42,801 nucleotides of DNA from Eledone cirrhosa (taxonomy: Eukaryota): positions 1 through 42,801 of the forward strand of contig CAXHJY010001717.1 of assembly GCA_964016885.1 (NCBI GenBank). Direction: 5' to 3'. Below are positions 26,238 through 37,565 of the stretch, piece by piece (position 1 is the first letter of the stretch; each line of letters begins with the position of its first letter). The notes beneath the pieces are model-generated. The model saw only the letters and a program-made list of their open reading frames with translations. It was not told where the DNA came from and searched no databases. The translations under genes were made by a program, and so were the position numbers.

Positions 26238-27579
26238 CAAACACAGAGATTCAAAAACAAAAAGTCTTATTAGATTGGGAATGAAGATTAAGAAAAAAGA
26301 AGTAAACAAATGTCTCAACGTATCGAACATAAATCCTTCACCAGGAAATGAAATAGCAATGTTGTAAGTGAAACTAGGTTCTTATTTTACATGTATATTT
26401 TGTGTGTGTGTGTGTGTGGTGTGGTGTGGTGTGGTGTGGTGTGGTGTGGTGTGGTGTGGTGAGTGTGTGTGTGTGTGCAAGATATACGTGTAAAATACAA
26501 TAGGAAGTACGAATAGACATATTAATCTGAATATCATAATATTCGTACTTGATATAATATTCTGCTTGTATAGTTTTGCTTGGTTATTATATTACATTAT
26601 TTTAGCTTTGATTTAATGTATTAAGCATCTGTAACGACTACATAAGGATGTAACGAAAGATTGTACAGAATATGTGTGTGTGTGAGTAGGTATGTATCTG
26701 CATGTGTATGTATGTGTGTGTGCATGTGTGTGTGTGTATATAAGTTTGTGTGTACCTAGATATTATATGTAGACTTTATCTTTGAAGCTGATTAGAACTC
26801 TTATACAGTATATTGTGTATTTTAGTTAAACAGCAATAACAGCTACAACGTATATTAGTCAAAATGTATATAACTTTCATTTTGTCTACATTTTACAACT
26901 ATATATACTCGTATGACTTATTTTGTAAACGCGACCTGATTTTGGGTGTCGGTAATAGCAAATTCATGTTTTTGACATCGCTCTAATCTTGAAAAATTAA
27001 TAGGTTACATAATATTATGACTCCCTTCCTCTCTATAAACGCCTGGTTACATAGCAATATTGTTTTGCTGTAATTCTATCTGTAAATCCCTGCATTATTC
27101 TGTTTTTATTTACATGCAGATAATATGTTAACGAGAAAAACCAATGAGATTTTTATTTTATTTTTCACCGACTTCACGTTCTGCTTTCTTAGGTACTCTG
27201 TCGATCTATTCCACTGTTCTCTTCATCAAACCTCTGGCTTTGGAGGCAAACGTAGAAATCACTAGTTAATAGGAGTATCATCTTAAATAGCCTTTTTGTC
27301 GAAGTTTCGGATTCATTGAAAGTAGTGTTTAATAAATGTTCAGTTATGATATGATACGTGCGGTTTCCACCTTTCCAAACCATCTTACATGATATGCAAC
27401 TTTTGTGCATCCATCCCATGTCGCCTATAACAGGTTGCATGCCCATTGCCAGTTTTTGTAGTATCAGATGGAGACAATACAATATATCTTTCGAACAGGC
27501 CCCTCTACATTTGGCCTGAAAGCGTCTCTTGTTAACCTATGCCTAGGACGATGCAGTAGGATTGTTTTTCTTGCCTCTA

Positions 27580-27700
27580 ACCATAAACTCGTTTTCTTCA
27601 ATTCGGTATTCGTGCCAACTCTTACCTATCGTCCTCAATCTTGGGAAATGACTGAAAGAATACGGTTGCGAATACAAGCGACCGAAATGGGGTTCCTGAC
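27580..27700 (+). mobile_element. RTE (Expander-like) LINE post-RT fragment
   Basis: KLVFFNSVFVPTLTYRPQSWEMTERIRLRIQATEMGFL matches the conserved RTE PTLTYG.E.W.MT...IQA.EM.FL motif. Confidence 0.8.
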
Positions 27701-29372
27701 TATATTTCTCCTCATCTAGTAAAGATGCAACTCTCTGAAGAGAGGAGAATCCCAGACGCGTTCCTGGTAGAAGGTGTAGAGGAGGACATCTTATTAAGAT
27801 GTCATTTCTGGCATCCCTTGTGAAGGACGATACGGTATGGTTCTTTGGTATGATTCTTTTTCGTTCCTCTCACCATATTGCAGTTTTGGTGATCTTATTC
27901 GGGCGAGTCACCAATCTGGTACTTTCTCGAACCAGCGAGTGGCGGGAATCCCAGTTTTTTTAATTTTACCCACCAACCCGTTTTTCTTTTCTCATACAGC
28001 GGTCTTCTTCTATTTTAGAGATCATGTGTTATGACAACATTGAACTGCTAGATTTGGGAAGCTGGTAGCCTATGCAGCTGTGTTCACTTTAAACACCACC
28101 TCTTCAGGAAATGCAATAGCTCGGATTGCCCAATATCTCCTGATATTTCGCAATTCTCTGCATATCCTACTTTTCATAACTGCTTTAGACAGAATATTGC
28201 ATAGAAACAAAATCCGTCCAGGAGATAGATAGGGAAGTATTTTTACCACAACACTGCCATAAGACACACTAACTAACTATAATGTGTGCACTCTGTATTT
28301 TAAAATGCAGTTTGACAACTGCAAACTTATTATATCATTGAGTGAGAGGTTCATAGCCTAAAATCGCTGAAATAAATTCGGTGACTTTCATATACTATGT
28401 ATACACCCCCATATATATATATATATACGCAAGATTTATGAATGAATATACCTATATACTTACAGTGATCAATCGAATTAATTGTTCATTATACATTCAA
28501 ACTGTAGTTGTGTTGAGCTTCCAATATTTAACAATAACAACAAGGAGAGCAACAACAACATGAACAAATAGAACTGGCAGCTCGTTATTTAATGTCGGTT
28601 ACCTCAATTTCAAATAATATTATCTAAGTCTGAAAAGTAGTGTAGACGACTATCAAATTCATTGTGTGGCTTTATTTACAGCGTATCTGACCTTTAGCCT
28701 TTTACATTGACTCGTTCTTTTATAAATGAAACCGAAGTAGTTGGATATAGAGAAAAAGAAGAGTTTCTATACAGTATAAGGTGTGACCAAGTCACGGATA
28801 AGTGTTTACCTAATAGATAAGAATGGCGTGTCCAGGTACATATTCTAAGCCAAATATGTCAGGATTAATTTGAGTAAAGCAACTGTGAGAGACAGACTAT
28901 CCCTGATCACTTATTGGTGGTTAAGGTAAATATCAAATCAAGTACGAATTATAGGTGTTGATGATAATTTGACTTTTGTTGAAGTTAATTTATGACGCAA
29001 TCACAACTTTAACATTAATGAATGTGGTTGCCAGAGATTAGATACGTACACATCTAATTTTTGTTAAATTTATAAATCAACTATTAGCCATTCTGGGATT
29101 CAATGAAGCCCCTTCAGGACAATAACTTTAGGTTGTACTCTATAACTGTTCAATGTTGCGATAACCTGCTTGTTAAGAACTTATAAGATTTTACTCTTAC
29201 AGCTGTGACATAGTTAGTGGATCTATATGTGTAACATGATAGCAAAGTCTTCAAATTGTGCCCTAAAGTTTCAATGAGTTATATAGATATCTACATACGT
29301 ACATACACACACACATGTATATAAATATGCGTGTATGTCTGTATGTATGTGTATGCACGTGTGCGTGTAGAC

Positions 29373-29470
29373 ATGACGTTGTGCTTAAGGATTTCGTTTC
29401 AAAATTATGTGGTTTCAGATTTTGTCCCACTGTGCGGCACCTTGGGCAAATGTTTTCTACTATAGCATCG
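29373..29470 (+). mobile_element. Second tRNA-derived SINE family, diverged 5' part
   Basis: GTCCCACTGTGCGGCACCTTGGGCAAATGTTTTCTACTATAGC after a decayed tRNA head. Confidence 0.65.
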
Positions 29471-29485
29471 CGTGGAACAATGTTT

Positions 29486-29545
<60 letters not shown>

Positions 29546-29707
29546 TTTAAAACATAACTATCTTAAGATGCTTCGTCAAATCGGGCTGGTTGTTGGCTAA
29601 GCTTCTACTGAGAAGTGATGTGGTGTTGTACTGGTATGTAGTATGTTGATTTGTTTCGTTGAATGTGTGTATAGGAAGTGTTAGGAGGTATGGAGCACGC
29701 AAGTGGA

Positions 29708-29708
<1 letters not shown>

Positions 29709-29776
<68 letters not shown>

Positions 29777-29785
29777 CCTGCCTGC

Positions 29786-29824
<39 letters not shown>

Positions 29825-29845
29825 CCTATATATATATCAGCGCGC

Positions 29846-29884
<39 letters not shown>

Positions 29885-29903
29885 TGTGTGTGTGTGTGTG
29901 TGT
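29709..29903. repeat. Compound microsatellite (TCTA)/(CCTG)/(TCTG)/(GCGT)/(GT)
   Basis: Directly visible. Confidence 0.97.
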
Positions 29904-30374
29904 GGTAGTTCGATAACTTATCTTTTCAACCAATTTAAGAATGAATTACTTTCATCTTGATTAATACATAGTATATTACAGAGACATGGAAAACTGTGAA
30001 GTTATGTATATGCAAATGTCCACAGATGCAATCTCCCCTCGCCGGTAACTTCTTCAAGTATTATCGTTGCATGACGTCATTTTCAGTTGGTATGATCTAA
30101 TATGTAAGAGTACATAAATACTAATAACTACCTATCGTCAACAAGTAGGGACGACAGCAAATCCTATGAGTATTTTTTTTTATCTATCTCAACGTCATAA
30201 TAGTAACAACACCATGCTGGCTTTAATCGTATATATTAGATGCAGGGAAGCTTCTATGACATCGATAAGACTATATGTTATCTATGACGCAATCACAACT
30301 TTAACATTAATGAATGTGGTTGCCAGAGATTAGATACGTCCGAAAGAAACATTGACATGTAGGCAGTTCAAAGC

Positions 30375-30426
<52 letters not shown>

Positions 30427-30441
30427 ATAGGAACAAGTAAG

Positions 30442-30536
30442 ACCCCGACGGCTGAGCTCAAGACGTTTCGACGGCTAATTCTGTACTGAATGAAAAATTA
30501 ATTCTGGTATTTAAATAGCCGAACTTATCAAGAGGT
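30442..30536 (-). ncRNA. Type I hammerhead ribozyme, U3-A8 core variant (left arm)
   Basis: Minus strand: ACCTC-TTGATAA-Gtt-CGGCTA...TAGCCG-tC-GAAA-CG...CG-TC-GGGGT. Confidence 0.7.
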
Positions 30537-30641
30537 AATTCCATATATGGTCAAAGAGATAATCACCAGGATTGGTCACATCACAAGTTAGTAGTAAATC
30601 TGTGATGGCAAGTTGGTGGGGGAAGGGGTAGCAAAACCTGC

Positions 30642-31545
30642 TTCAATTACCTTACCGCTACTTACTGCCGCCTTGGACTTCGCAGAAGCACTTGTGCCCA
30701 TCACCGACCAGGAAAGAAAAATCATCCTCCACGCCAGGAAGACAGTCTTACTCTTTGACAACGCCAAATGGATAAAAAGAGCTCCTGACTCACCCTTCGA
30801 CGTCAGCATGGGCGCTACGGATTCGGCGGAGGTCACAGATCTTATAGGATTATTCCTTATAGCCAAACTCACCGATATGTTTCCTGCTTTCGGTGGTGGA
30901 TTGTACCGTGATGATGGGCTCCTTACCCTTAAAGGGTACAACCCCAGTAGTACAGATCGGGTCCGTAAACAATTAATCAGCCTCTTCCGCGACTGGGGAT
31001 TTAAAATAACCATACAAACGTCCCTGACCCAAGTTAATTTCCTGGACGTTACCCTCGATCTCAATAATGACCTGTACTACCCATACAGGAAACCCAATGA
31101 CAACCTGCACTACATCCACCGCCGATCTAACCATCCCAGGAACATCACCAACAACCTGGTCAAAAACATCTCCCTCCGTATATCCCGTTTGTCAGCTAAT
31201 GAACATGCACCTTACTACAACCAGGCCCTCAAGCGGAGTGGTTTCCGGGAGGAAATATCCTACTGTCCAGCTCCCATTAGCGGAACCAGCAGGCGACACC
31301 GCCGCTCACGCAATGTAACATGGTTCAATCCTCCCCACAACGCTGAGGTGACAACTCCCATCGGGAAAATTTTCTTTAGGCTCATTGAAAAATACTTCCC
31401 ACCACAACACCGCTACCACAACATAATTAACAAAAATACCATCAAACTCTCTTACAGCACTACACCTAACTTCGCACAAAACATCGTCTCCTCCAACAAC
31501 AAAAAACTCAACCCCGATGGAAGAAACAACCTAAATAGCAGTGGT
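30642..31545 (+). pseudogene. 5'-truncated PLE reverse transcriptase + thumb, no GIY-YIG domain
   Basis: SIT...FDVSMGATDSAEV...GLYRDDGL...VNFLDVTLDL...PYRKPND...YIHRRSNHP...WFNPP; the frame then runs into non-protein-like sequence. Confidence 0.88.
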
Positions 31546-32221
31546 ATCTTGTATAAGACCTTTTGTTTCGTGGCGGTACCCTTAGAGTTAGCACCAGTAT
31601 TTTTTTGCGGGACCCTGAATTATATTCTCATACTAGTTTACTTTCTTGCACTGGGTGGTTGCTGGCCCTGTGTTTGGGGTAGAAACCTTTATTATTTTCG
31701 TGGTAGTCTCTTTAGTATTCTGGCCCCCCTTCTGTTGACCCGTCACCGTACGATACACGCACTTATACCTCGTATAAGGGTCCCTTTCTTTCCGTCCCAC
31801 CTAGTTTTTTTCTATTATTATCATTTATTTTTTTATTCTACATTATATATATATATATATATTTTTAAAAAATTTATTTATCTATTCTTTTATTCACTTA
31901 TTTGTTTATTTATTTATTTATGTATTTCTTCAGCCTAGCAATAGCGAGAGACTGAAGTCTTAGTAACCAGATTTTGCTTATATTTTTTTCTCTCTCAGTA
32001 CCTTTTACAGTTTTACCTTTCATTGTTCTACTTACCGTTTCGACCTCCTCCCCCTCCTCCTCCCCAGTATCCTCTTTGACCTCACACCCAGCTGTAGCTG
32101 GCACCACCAACGCATGAATGGGTCTACTCCACCCCCTCTCCCCTTTTCTCCTACTGGCAGGTTTTGCTACCCCTTCCCCCACCAACTTTCCATCACAGAT
32201 TTACTACTAACTTGTGATGTG

Positions 32222-32313
32222 ACCAATCCTGGTGATTATCTCTTTGACCATATATGGAATTACCCCTTGATAAGTTCGGCTATTTAAATACCAGAATTAA
32301 TTTTTCATTCAGT
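32222..32313 (+). promoter_or_regulatory. Putative Pol II promoter of the pseudo-LTR (CCAAT, CArG-like, TATA-like, Inr)
   Basis: CCAAT 32223, CCATATATGG 32248-32257, TATTTAAA 32281, TCATTC/TCAGT 32305-32313 (26-30 nt after the TATA). Motif evidence only. Confidence 0.45.
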
Positions 32314-32356
32314 ACAGAATTAGCCGTCGAAACGTCTTGAGCTCAGCCGTCGAGGT
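32262..32356 (+). ncRNA. Type I hammerhead ribozyme, U3-A8 core variant (right arm)
   Basis: ACCCC-TTGATAA-Gtt-CGGCTA-(38 nt)-TAGCCG-tC-GAAA-CG-tcttgagctcagc-CG-TC^GAGGT; predicted cleavage after 32351. Confidence 0.7.
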
Positions 32357-32729
32357 CTTACTTGTTCCTATTACTCACTCTACTACCCTAAGTATTGAGT
32401 ACTTTGGTGCGTTATGGTCCACCTGGTTCCTTACCACATTTCCTTCGTTATATATATATAATAAATACATGCATGTTATGTTCTATGAATGCGTGTTTGT
32501 GTATCAGATATTCTTATTGGTACAAGCATTGCCCGACAAGAATTTGTTTAAAACAAAGTATAAATTAATTTTCACTAACCATAGATATACGTAGACATTT
32601 ACCCATGCCTACATGGAACTCATATGATGGCACACAATATTATAAAATATACTTTAGCTTTTCATTTTATTGTATAACTCTTTTGCAAATAATAAGATAA
32701 TTAAGTGTTATAGTTTACTTAAAGCATTG

Positions 32730-33085
32730 TGGAATAAGAAATACGAATTTTTTTAGATGATCGATCGCAAAACTCACGTCAGACGTGAATAAACGTAACG
32801 ATGCTATATTGATACCTCGTTTGTAGACCTTATTATAATATACGTGTAATCACTTTGCAACTGGAGAGGAACTCAAAAGTTTTGTTAATGAATATTTGAA
32901 CTCTTTGGATGATTCATTTTTCAAAGCGGCGTTTGAAGAATTACTGGTAAGATGGCGAAAGATGGTTGTAAACAATGGAGGCTACATTGAAAAATAACTT
33001 TATTAATGTTTTCTTTACTAGTATTGAATGTATTTTCAAATAAAATTCGTTTGAATGTTCTCGCTTTTTCTTTTCATACCGAGTA
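32730..33085 (+). mobile_element. Mariner transposon 3' relic
   Basis: FFKAAFEELLVRWRKMVVNNGGYIEK* (~32918-32998) matches the mariner transposase C-terminus; putative right end ...CATACCGAG-TA. Confidence 0.7.
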
Positions 33086-33186
33086 TTAGAGATTATTGAA
33101 CCGACCACGTATATATATATATACTGACTCTTTAATCTGTTATTTAATAAATATATATATACATATATATATATATTGACTCTTTT

Positions 33187-33233
<47 letters not shown>

Positions 33234-33255
33234 TAAATAACAGATTAAAGAGTCA

Positions 33256-33318
<63 letters not shown>

Positions 33319-33576
33319 TATTTATTAAATAACAGATTAATGAGTCAGTATATATATATATATAAATGTAAATATGTATACGTACATACATATATGAATA
33401 CAGACGTACAGTAGTATATATATACATACATACATACACACATATATATATGTACGTATGGGTTTACCGAACATTTATTATAATGCACAGTTTGTTTGTA
33501 AACAAACAATCCGAATTATTAGCCGTACAGTGTTCGGCAACCATCGCTGCCCTATTTGTTCAACACTGACAAAGGA

Positions 33577-33619
33577 ACGATGAACTAGTTTCTAGCTTAT
33601 TAGCTGTCATCAGCACCGT
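33577..33619 (-). ncRNA. Minimal type I hammerhead ribozyme
   Basis: ACGGTG-CTGATGA-c-AGCT-aata-AGCT-a-GAAA-CTAG-TT-CATCGT. Confidence 0.85.
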
Positions 33620-34320
33620 ATACCCTCCTGTCAGTTGATTGAACGTTTGAAAGTATATACTTTCCTTATGCATATTAACGGCTGAGCAGCATAATTTATA
33701 TATCGAGTGGGTTAGTCGGCTGGGCGTACCGAAAACGATAAATGGGAAAAATGGAATTTCATTTCTCACTCTTAGTACGGCTGATACTTGAATGTAAGTA
33801 TGTATACGTACATACATATATGTATACAGACGTACAGTAGTATGTATATACATACATACATGCACATACACATATATATATATATATGTACGTATGGGTT
33901 TACCGAACATTTATTATAATGCTCGGTTTGTTTGTAAACAAACAGCCCGAATTATTAGCCGTACAGTGTTCAGCAACCATCGCTACTCTATTTGTTCAAC
34001 ACTGACAAATAGGGCAGCGATGGTTGCCGATGGTTTCCATTTATATATATATAAATGGAAAAGAATGAAACGAAATTTCATTTCTCACTCTTAGTACGGC
34101 TGATACTTAAATGTATGTATGTATATATAGGTACATACATATATGTAGTATGTATATATATATATACATACATGCACACATATATATATGTACGTATGGG
34201 TTTACCGAACATTTATTATAATGTTCGGTTTGTTTGTTTGTAAACAAACAAACAGCTCGAATTACGCCGTACAGTGTTCAGGCAACCATCGTCGCCCTTT
34301 TGTTCAACACTGACACAGGA

Positions 34321-34363
34321 ACGATGTACTAGTTTCAAGCTTATTAGCTATCGTCAGCATCGT
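34321..34363 (-). ncRNA. Minimal type I hammerhead ribozyme
   Basis: ACGATG-CTGACGA-t-AGCT-aata-AGCT-t-GAAA-CTAG-TA-CATCGT. Confidence 0.88.
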
Positions 34364-34647
34364 ATACCTTTCTGCCAGGTGATTGAACGTCTGAAAGTAT
34401 ATACTTTCCTTATGCATATTAACGGCTGAGCAGCCTAATTTGCATATCGGGCGCACCGAAAACAATAAATGAAAAAGAATGAAACGAAATTTCATTTCTC
34501 ACTCTTAGTACGGCTGATACTTAAATGTAAGTATGTATATATACGTACATACATATATGTATACAGACGTACAGTAGCATGTATATATATATATACATAC
34601 AGGAAAGTATATACTTTCAGACGTTCAATCACCTGGCAGAAAGGTAT

Positions 34648-34690
34648 ACGATGCTGACGATAGCTAATAAGCTTGAAACTAGTACATCGT
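34648..34690 (+). ncRNA. Minimal type I hammerhead ribozyme (inverted copy)
   Basis: Exact reverse complement of 34321-34363; perfect 6-bp stem I, palindromic stem III ACTAGT, GUA cleavage triplet. Confidence 0.88.
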
Positions 34691-35044
34691 TCCTGTGTCA
34701 GTGTTGAGCAAAAGGACGACGATGGTTGCCGAACACTGTACGGCTTAATTCGGGCTGTTTGTTTACAAACAAACCGAACATTATAATAAATGTTCGGTAA
34801 ACCCATACGTACATATATATATGTGTGCATGTATGTATATATATACATACTACTGTACGTCTGTATACATATATGTATGTACTTATATATACATACTTAT
34901 ATATATATCAAGTAAGTATGTTTTGAAACAGTGAGCAGGTGTGAAATTAGAAAATATATAGCTTTCACCGTATTTTTGACTAAAGGAATTTTTAGCCTGA
35001 TAATGGGGTTTAGAACCCTCAGATAAATGGAAAAAGATGAGTAT

Positions 35045-35115
35045 TGACGTACATGGGAGTCGAACCCACATCTGTGGTTATCGCGACCACTCTGCTACCA
35101 TTACACCAACACATC
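35045..35115 (-). tRNA. tRNA-like sequence / SINE head (left arm)
   Basis: A-box TGGTGTAATGG, B-box GGTTCGACTCC, cloverleaf stems; mirror of 35124-35194. Confidence 0.6.
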
Positions 35116-35123
35116 ACCCGGAT

Positions 35124-35194
35124 GATGTGTTGGTGGAATGGTAGCACAGTGGTCGCGATAACCACAGATGTGGGTTCGACTCCCATGTACGTCA
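35124..35194 (+). tRNA. tRNA-like sequence / SINE head (Gln-like scaffold, non-canonical loop CG-CGA-TA)
   Basis: Acceptor GATGTGT/GTACGTC (three G-U), anticodon stem GTGGT/ACCAC, T arm GTGGG-TTCGACT-CCCAT, T5 terminator 9 nt downstream. Lacks U33, so probably not a translating tRNA. Confidence 0.6.
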
Positions 35195-35277
35195 ATACTC
35201 ATCTTTTTCCATTTATCTGAGGGTTCTAAACCCCATTATCAGGTTAAAAATTCCTTTAGTCAAAAATACGGTGAAAG

Positions 35278-36030
<753 letters not shown>

Positions 36031-36150
36031 TATTAATAAGAGGAATTCCAACTTTGTCTGATTTACTCGTTTTATTTACAATCCTTTAAAATATATATAA
36101 TGGTATTATAATGAAATAGTATGATAGAATATTAAATTCTAAGTGTTAAT

Positions 36151-36189
36151 TGAACAAGTACTTTCATGCTTTCGCAATCTTCAGGTTCA
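36151..36189 (-). ncRNA. Minimal type I hammerhead ribozyme (left arm)
   Basis: Reverse complement of 39512-39550. Confidence 0.85.
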
Positions 36190-36564
36190 TGATATGTGGT
36201 GACAGTCGAGTTTGCAATTTTCAACTGTAATGAGATGGGTAAATTTCCTACCTTTTATACATTTTATACAGAGAAAAGTGGCTCCAGAATGCAAAGCCCT
36301 GTAAACTGTATTTCGACCAATCAGTGTGTAGTTTCACTGAATTACTACAGCTGATTGGTTTAAGCGTCACGGCTGGTTGAGCATGCTAACGACCAATAGT
36401 CATATCCAACGTATCAATTGTTTTGCTTTTTTGAAATGATGAAAATAGCATTTTCTATTAATCATCACCATCAACATCACTTTTATTATTATTATTATTG
36501 TTGTTGTTGTTGTTGTTAGTGGTCGTGGTCATAGTGGTAGTAGAAGTAATACCCCTAGGCGTTA

Positions 36565-37565
36565 TTATTGTTCATTTAGCTTGGGTTTGAATTTATCAAT
36601 AAAATTCTTTTCTTTGATTTTTCTCTTGATTTCATTTGGGCTGTGTAATTTGTAGAATGGGAATATTATAAATATTCCCTGACCACATGTTGCCAGGTGG
36701 CCGCTTAGGGGTATCTGACGGACATTTGGGTCTCTGATTTGTTGACGGTGTACCCGTGCACGTTCCGATAGTGCATTTCCAGTTTGACCGACATATAGTT
36801 CTTCACAATTCGGGCATTTAATGCAGTAAATTAGATTTCTGCTTTTGCAGTTCATATTTGCATTTGTGAATATTTTTCCAGTTTTTGTTTTCATATATTG
36901 ACCGGCGTGTATGGATTGACATGTGCCGCATCGATTATCATTGCATTTAGATACAGTGAATGATTGGTCTTTGTTGTTAAGGTCAAACTTTGCTTTTGTT
37001 AGCAATTGCTTCAAATTTTTTGGCTGTCTTTTACTAAGAGTCAAAGATCGATCTGTGATTAAGCCTTTTAATTCATTACTTTGAGCAATGATCGGTAGGT
37101 TTGCTTTGGCAGTGTTGAAGATATTCTGGTGACATGGGTTGTGTGTCATTATAAATGGTATGACCAGTTCTTGGTTTCTTCTTCTTTGGGTTGTTCTAAG
37201 TTGTTGTATAGGTATTTTTATAGCCCGCTGTATGCCATTTTCTATAAGTAGAGATGGGTATTTTTGTTTGAGCAAAAATTCTCTTAGTTCTGTTAGGCGT
37301 TTGTACCTGGTATTCGTATCTTCTACAATGGTACAAATTCTTCTGGCTAGGCAGTATGGGATGTTGCGTTTTGTATGAGGTGGATGGCACGACTTGAAAT
37401 TCAGATATTGATGGGTGTCTGTGTGTTTATAATATATATCCGTGGTAATGGTGGTGTCGTTTTTGATTATCATTATATCTAGGAATGGTAATTTGGTCCT
37501 ACTCATCTCTTTTGTGAATTGGAGAGATGGGTGTAGGTTATTCAGGAGGATATTGAACTCATCCA
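36565..37565 (-). CDS. Inverted duplicate of the C-terminal part (thumb + GIY-YIG) of the PLE ORF
   Basis: Protein identical to the + copy from DEFNILL to KLNEQ*. Confidence 0.85.

Larger units (their letters stand above)
30425..32450 (+). mobile_element. Penelope-like element with 217-bp inverted arms and a 3' extension, inserted in (TA)n
   Basis: Arms 30425-30641 and 32157-32373 (about 3 mismatches), extra tail 32374-32450, PLE RT between the arms. Confidence 0.9.
33110..34901. mobile_element. Non-coding tandem/inverted ~420-bp repeat carrying hammerhead ribozymes (retrozyme-like)
   Basis: Marker ATGGGTTTACCGAAC at 33458, 33894 and 34196; inverted copy 34601-34901; three HHRs; no protein homology; TA-rich flanks. 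Confidence 0.8.
34962..35277. repeat. 316-bp near-perfect palindrome (155-bp arms)
   Basis: 34962-35116 vs 35123-35277, about 3 mismatches, centre CCCGGA. Confidence 0.95.

Noticed and set aside
27180-27270. Polypyrimidine-AG acceptor followed by a short frame
   Set aside because: No recognisable product or partner exon.
32300-32330. Intron-split hammerhead (AG before AATTAGCCGTCGAAAC)
   Set aside because: The 5' half of the ribozyme lies contiguously upstream as the TTGATAA variant, so no splicing is needed.
37442-37565. N-terminus of the 564-aa ORF as a real start
   Set aside because: It is the antisense of the inverted arm; PLE homology begins at the 37566 junction.
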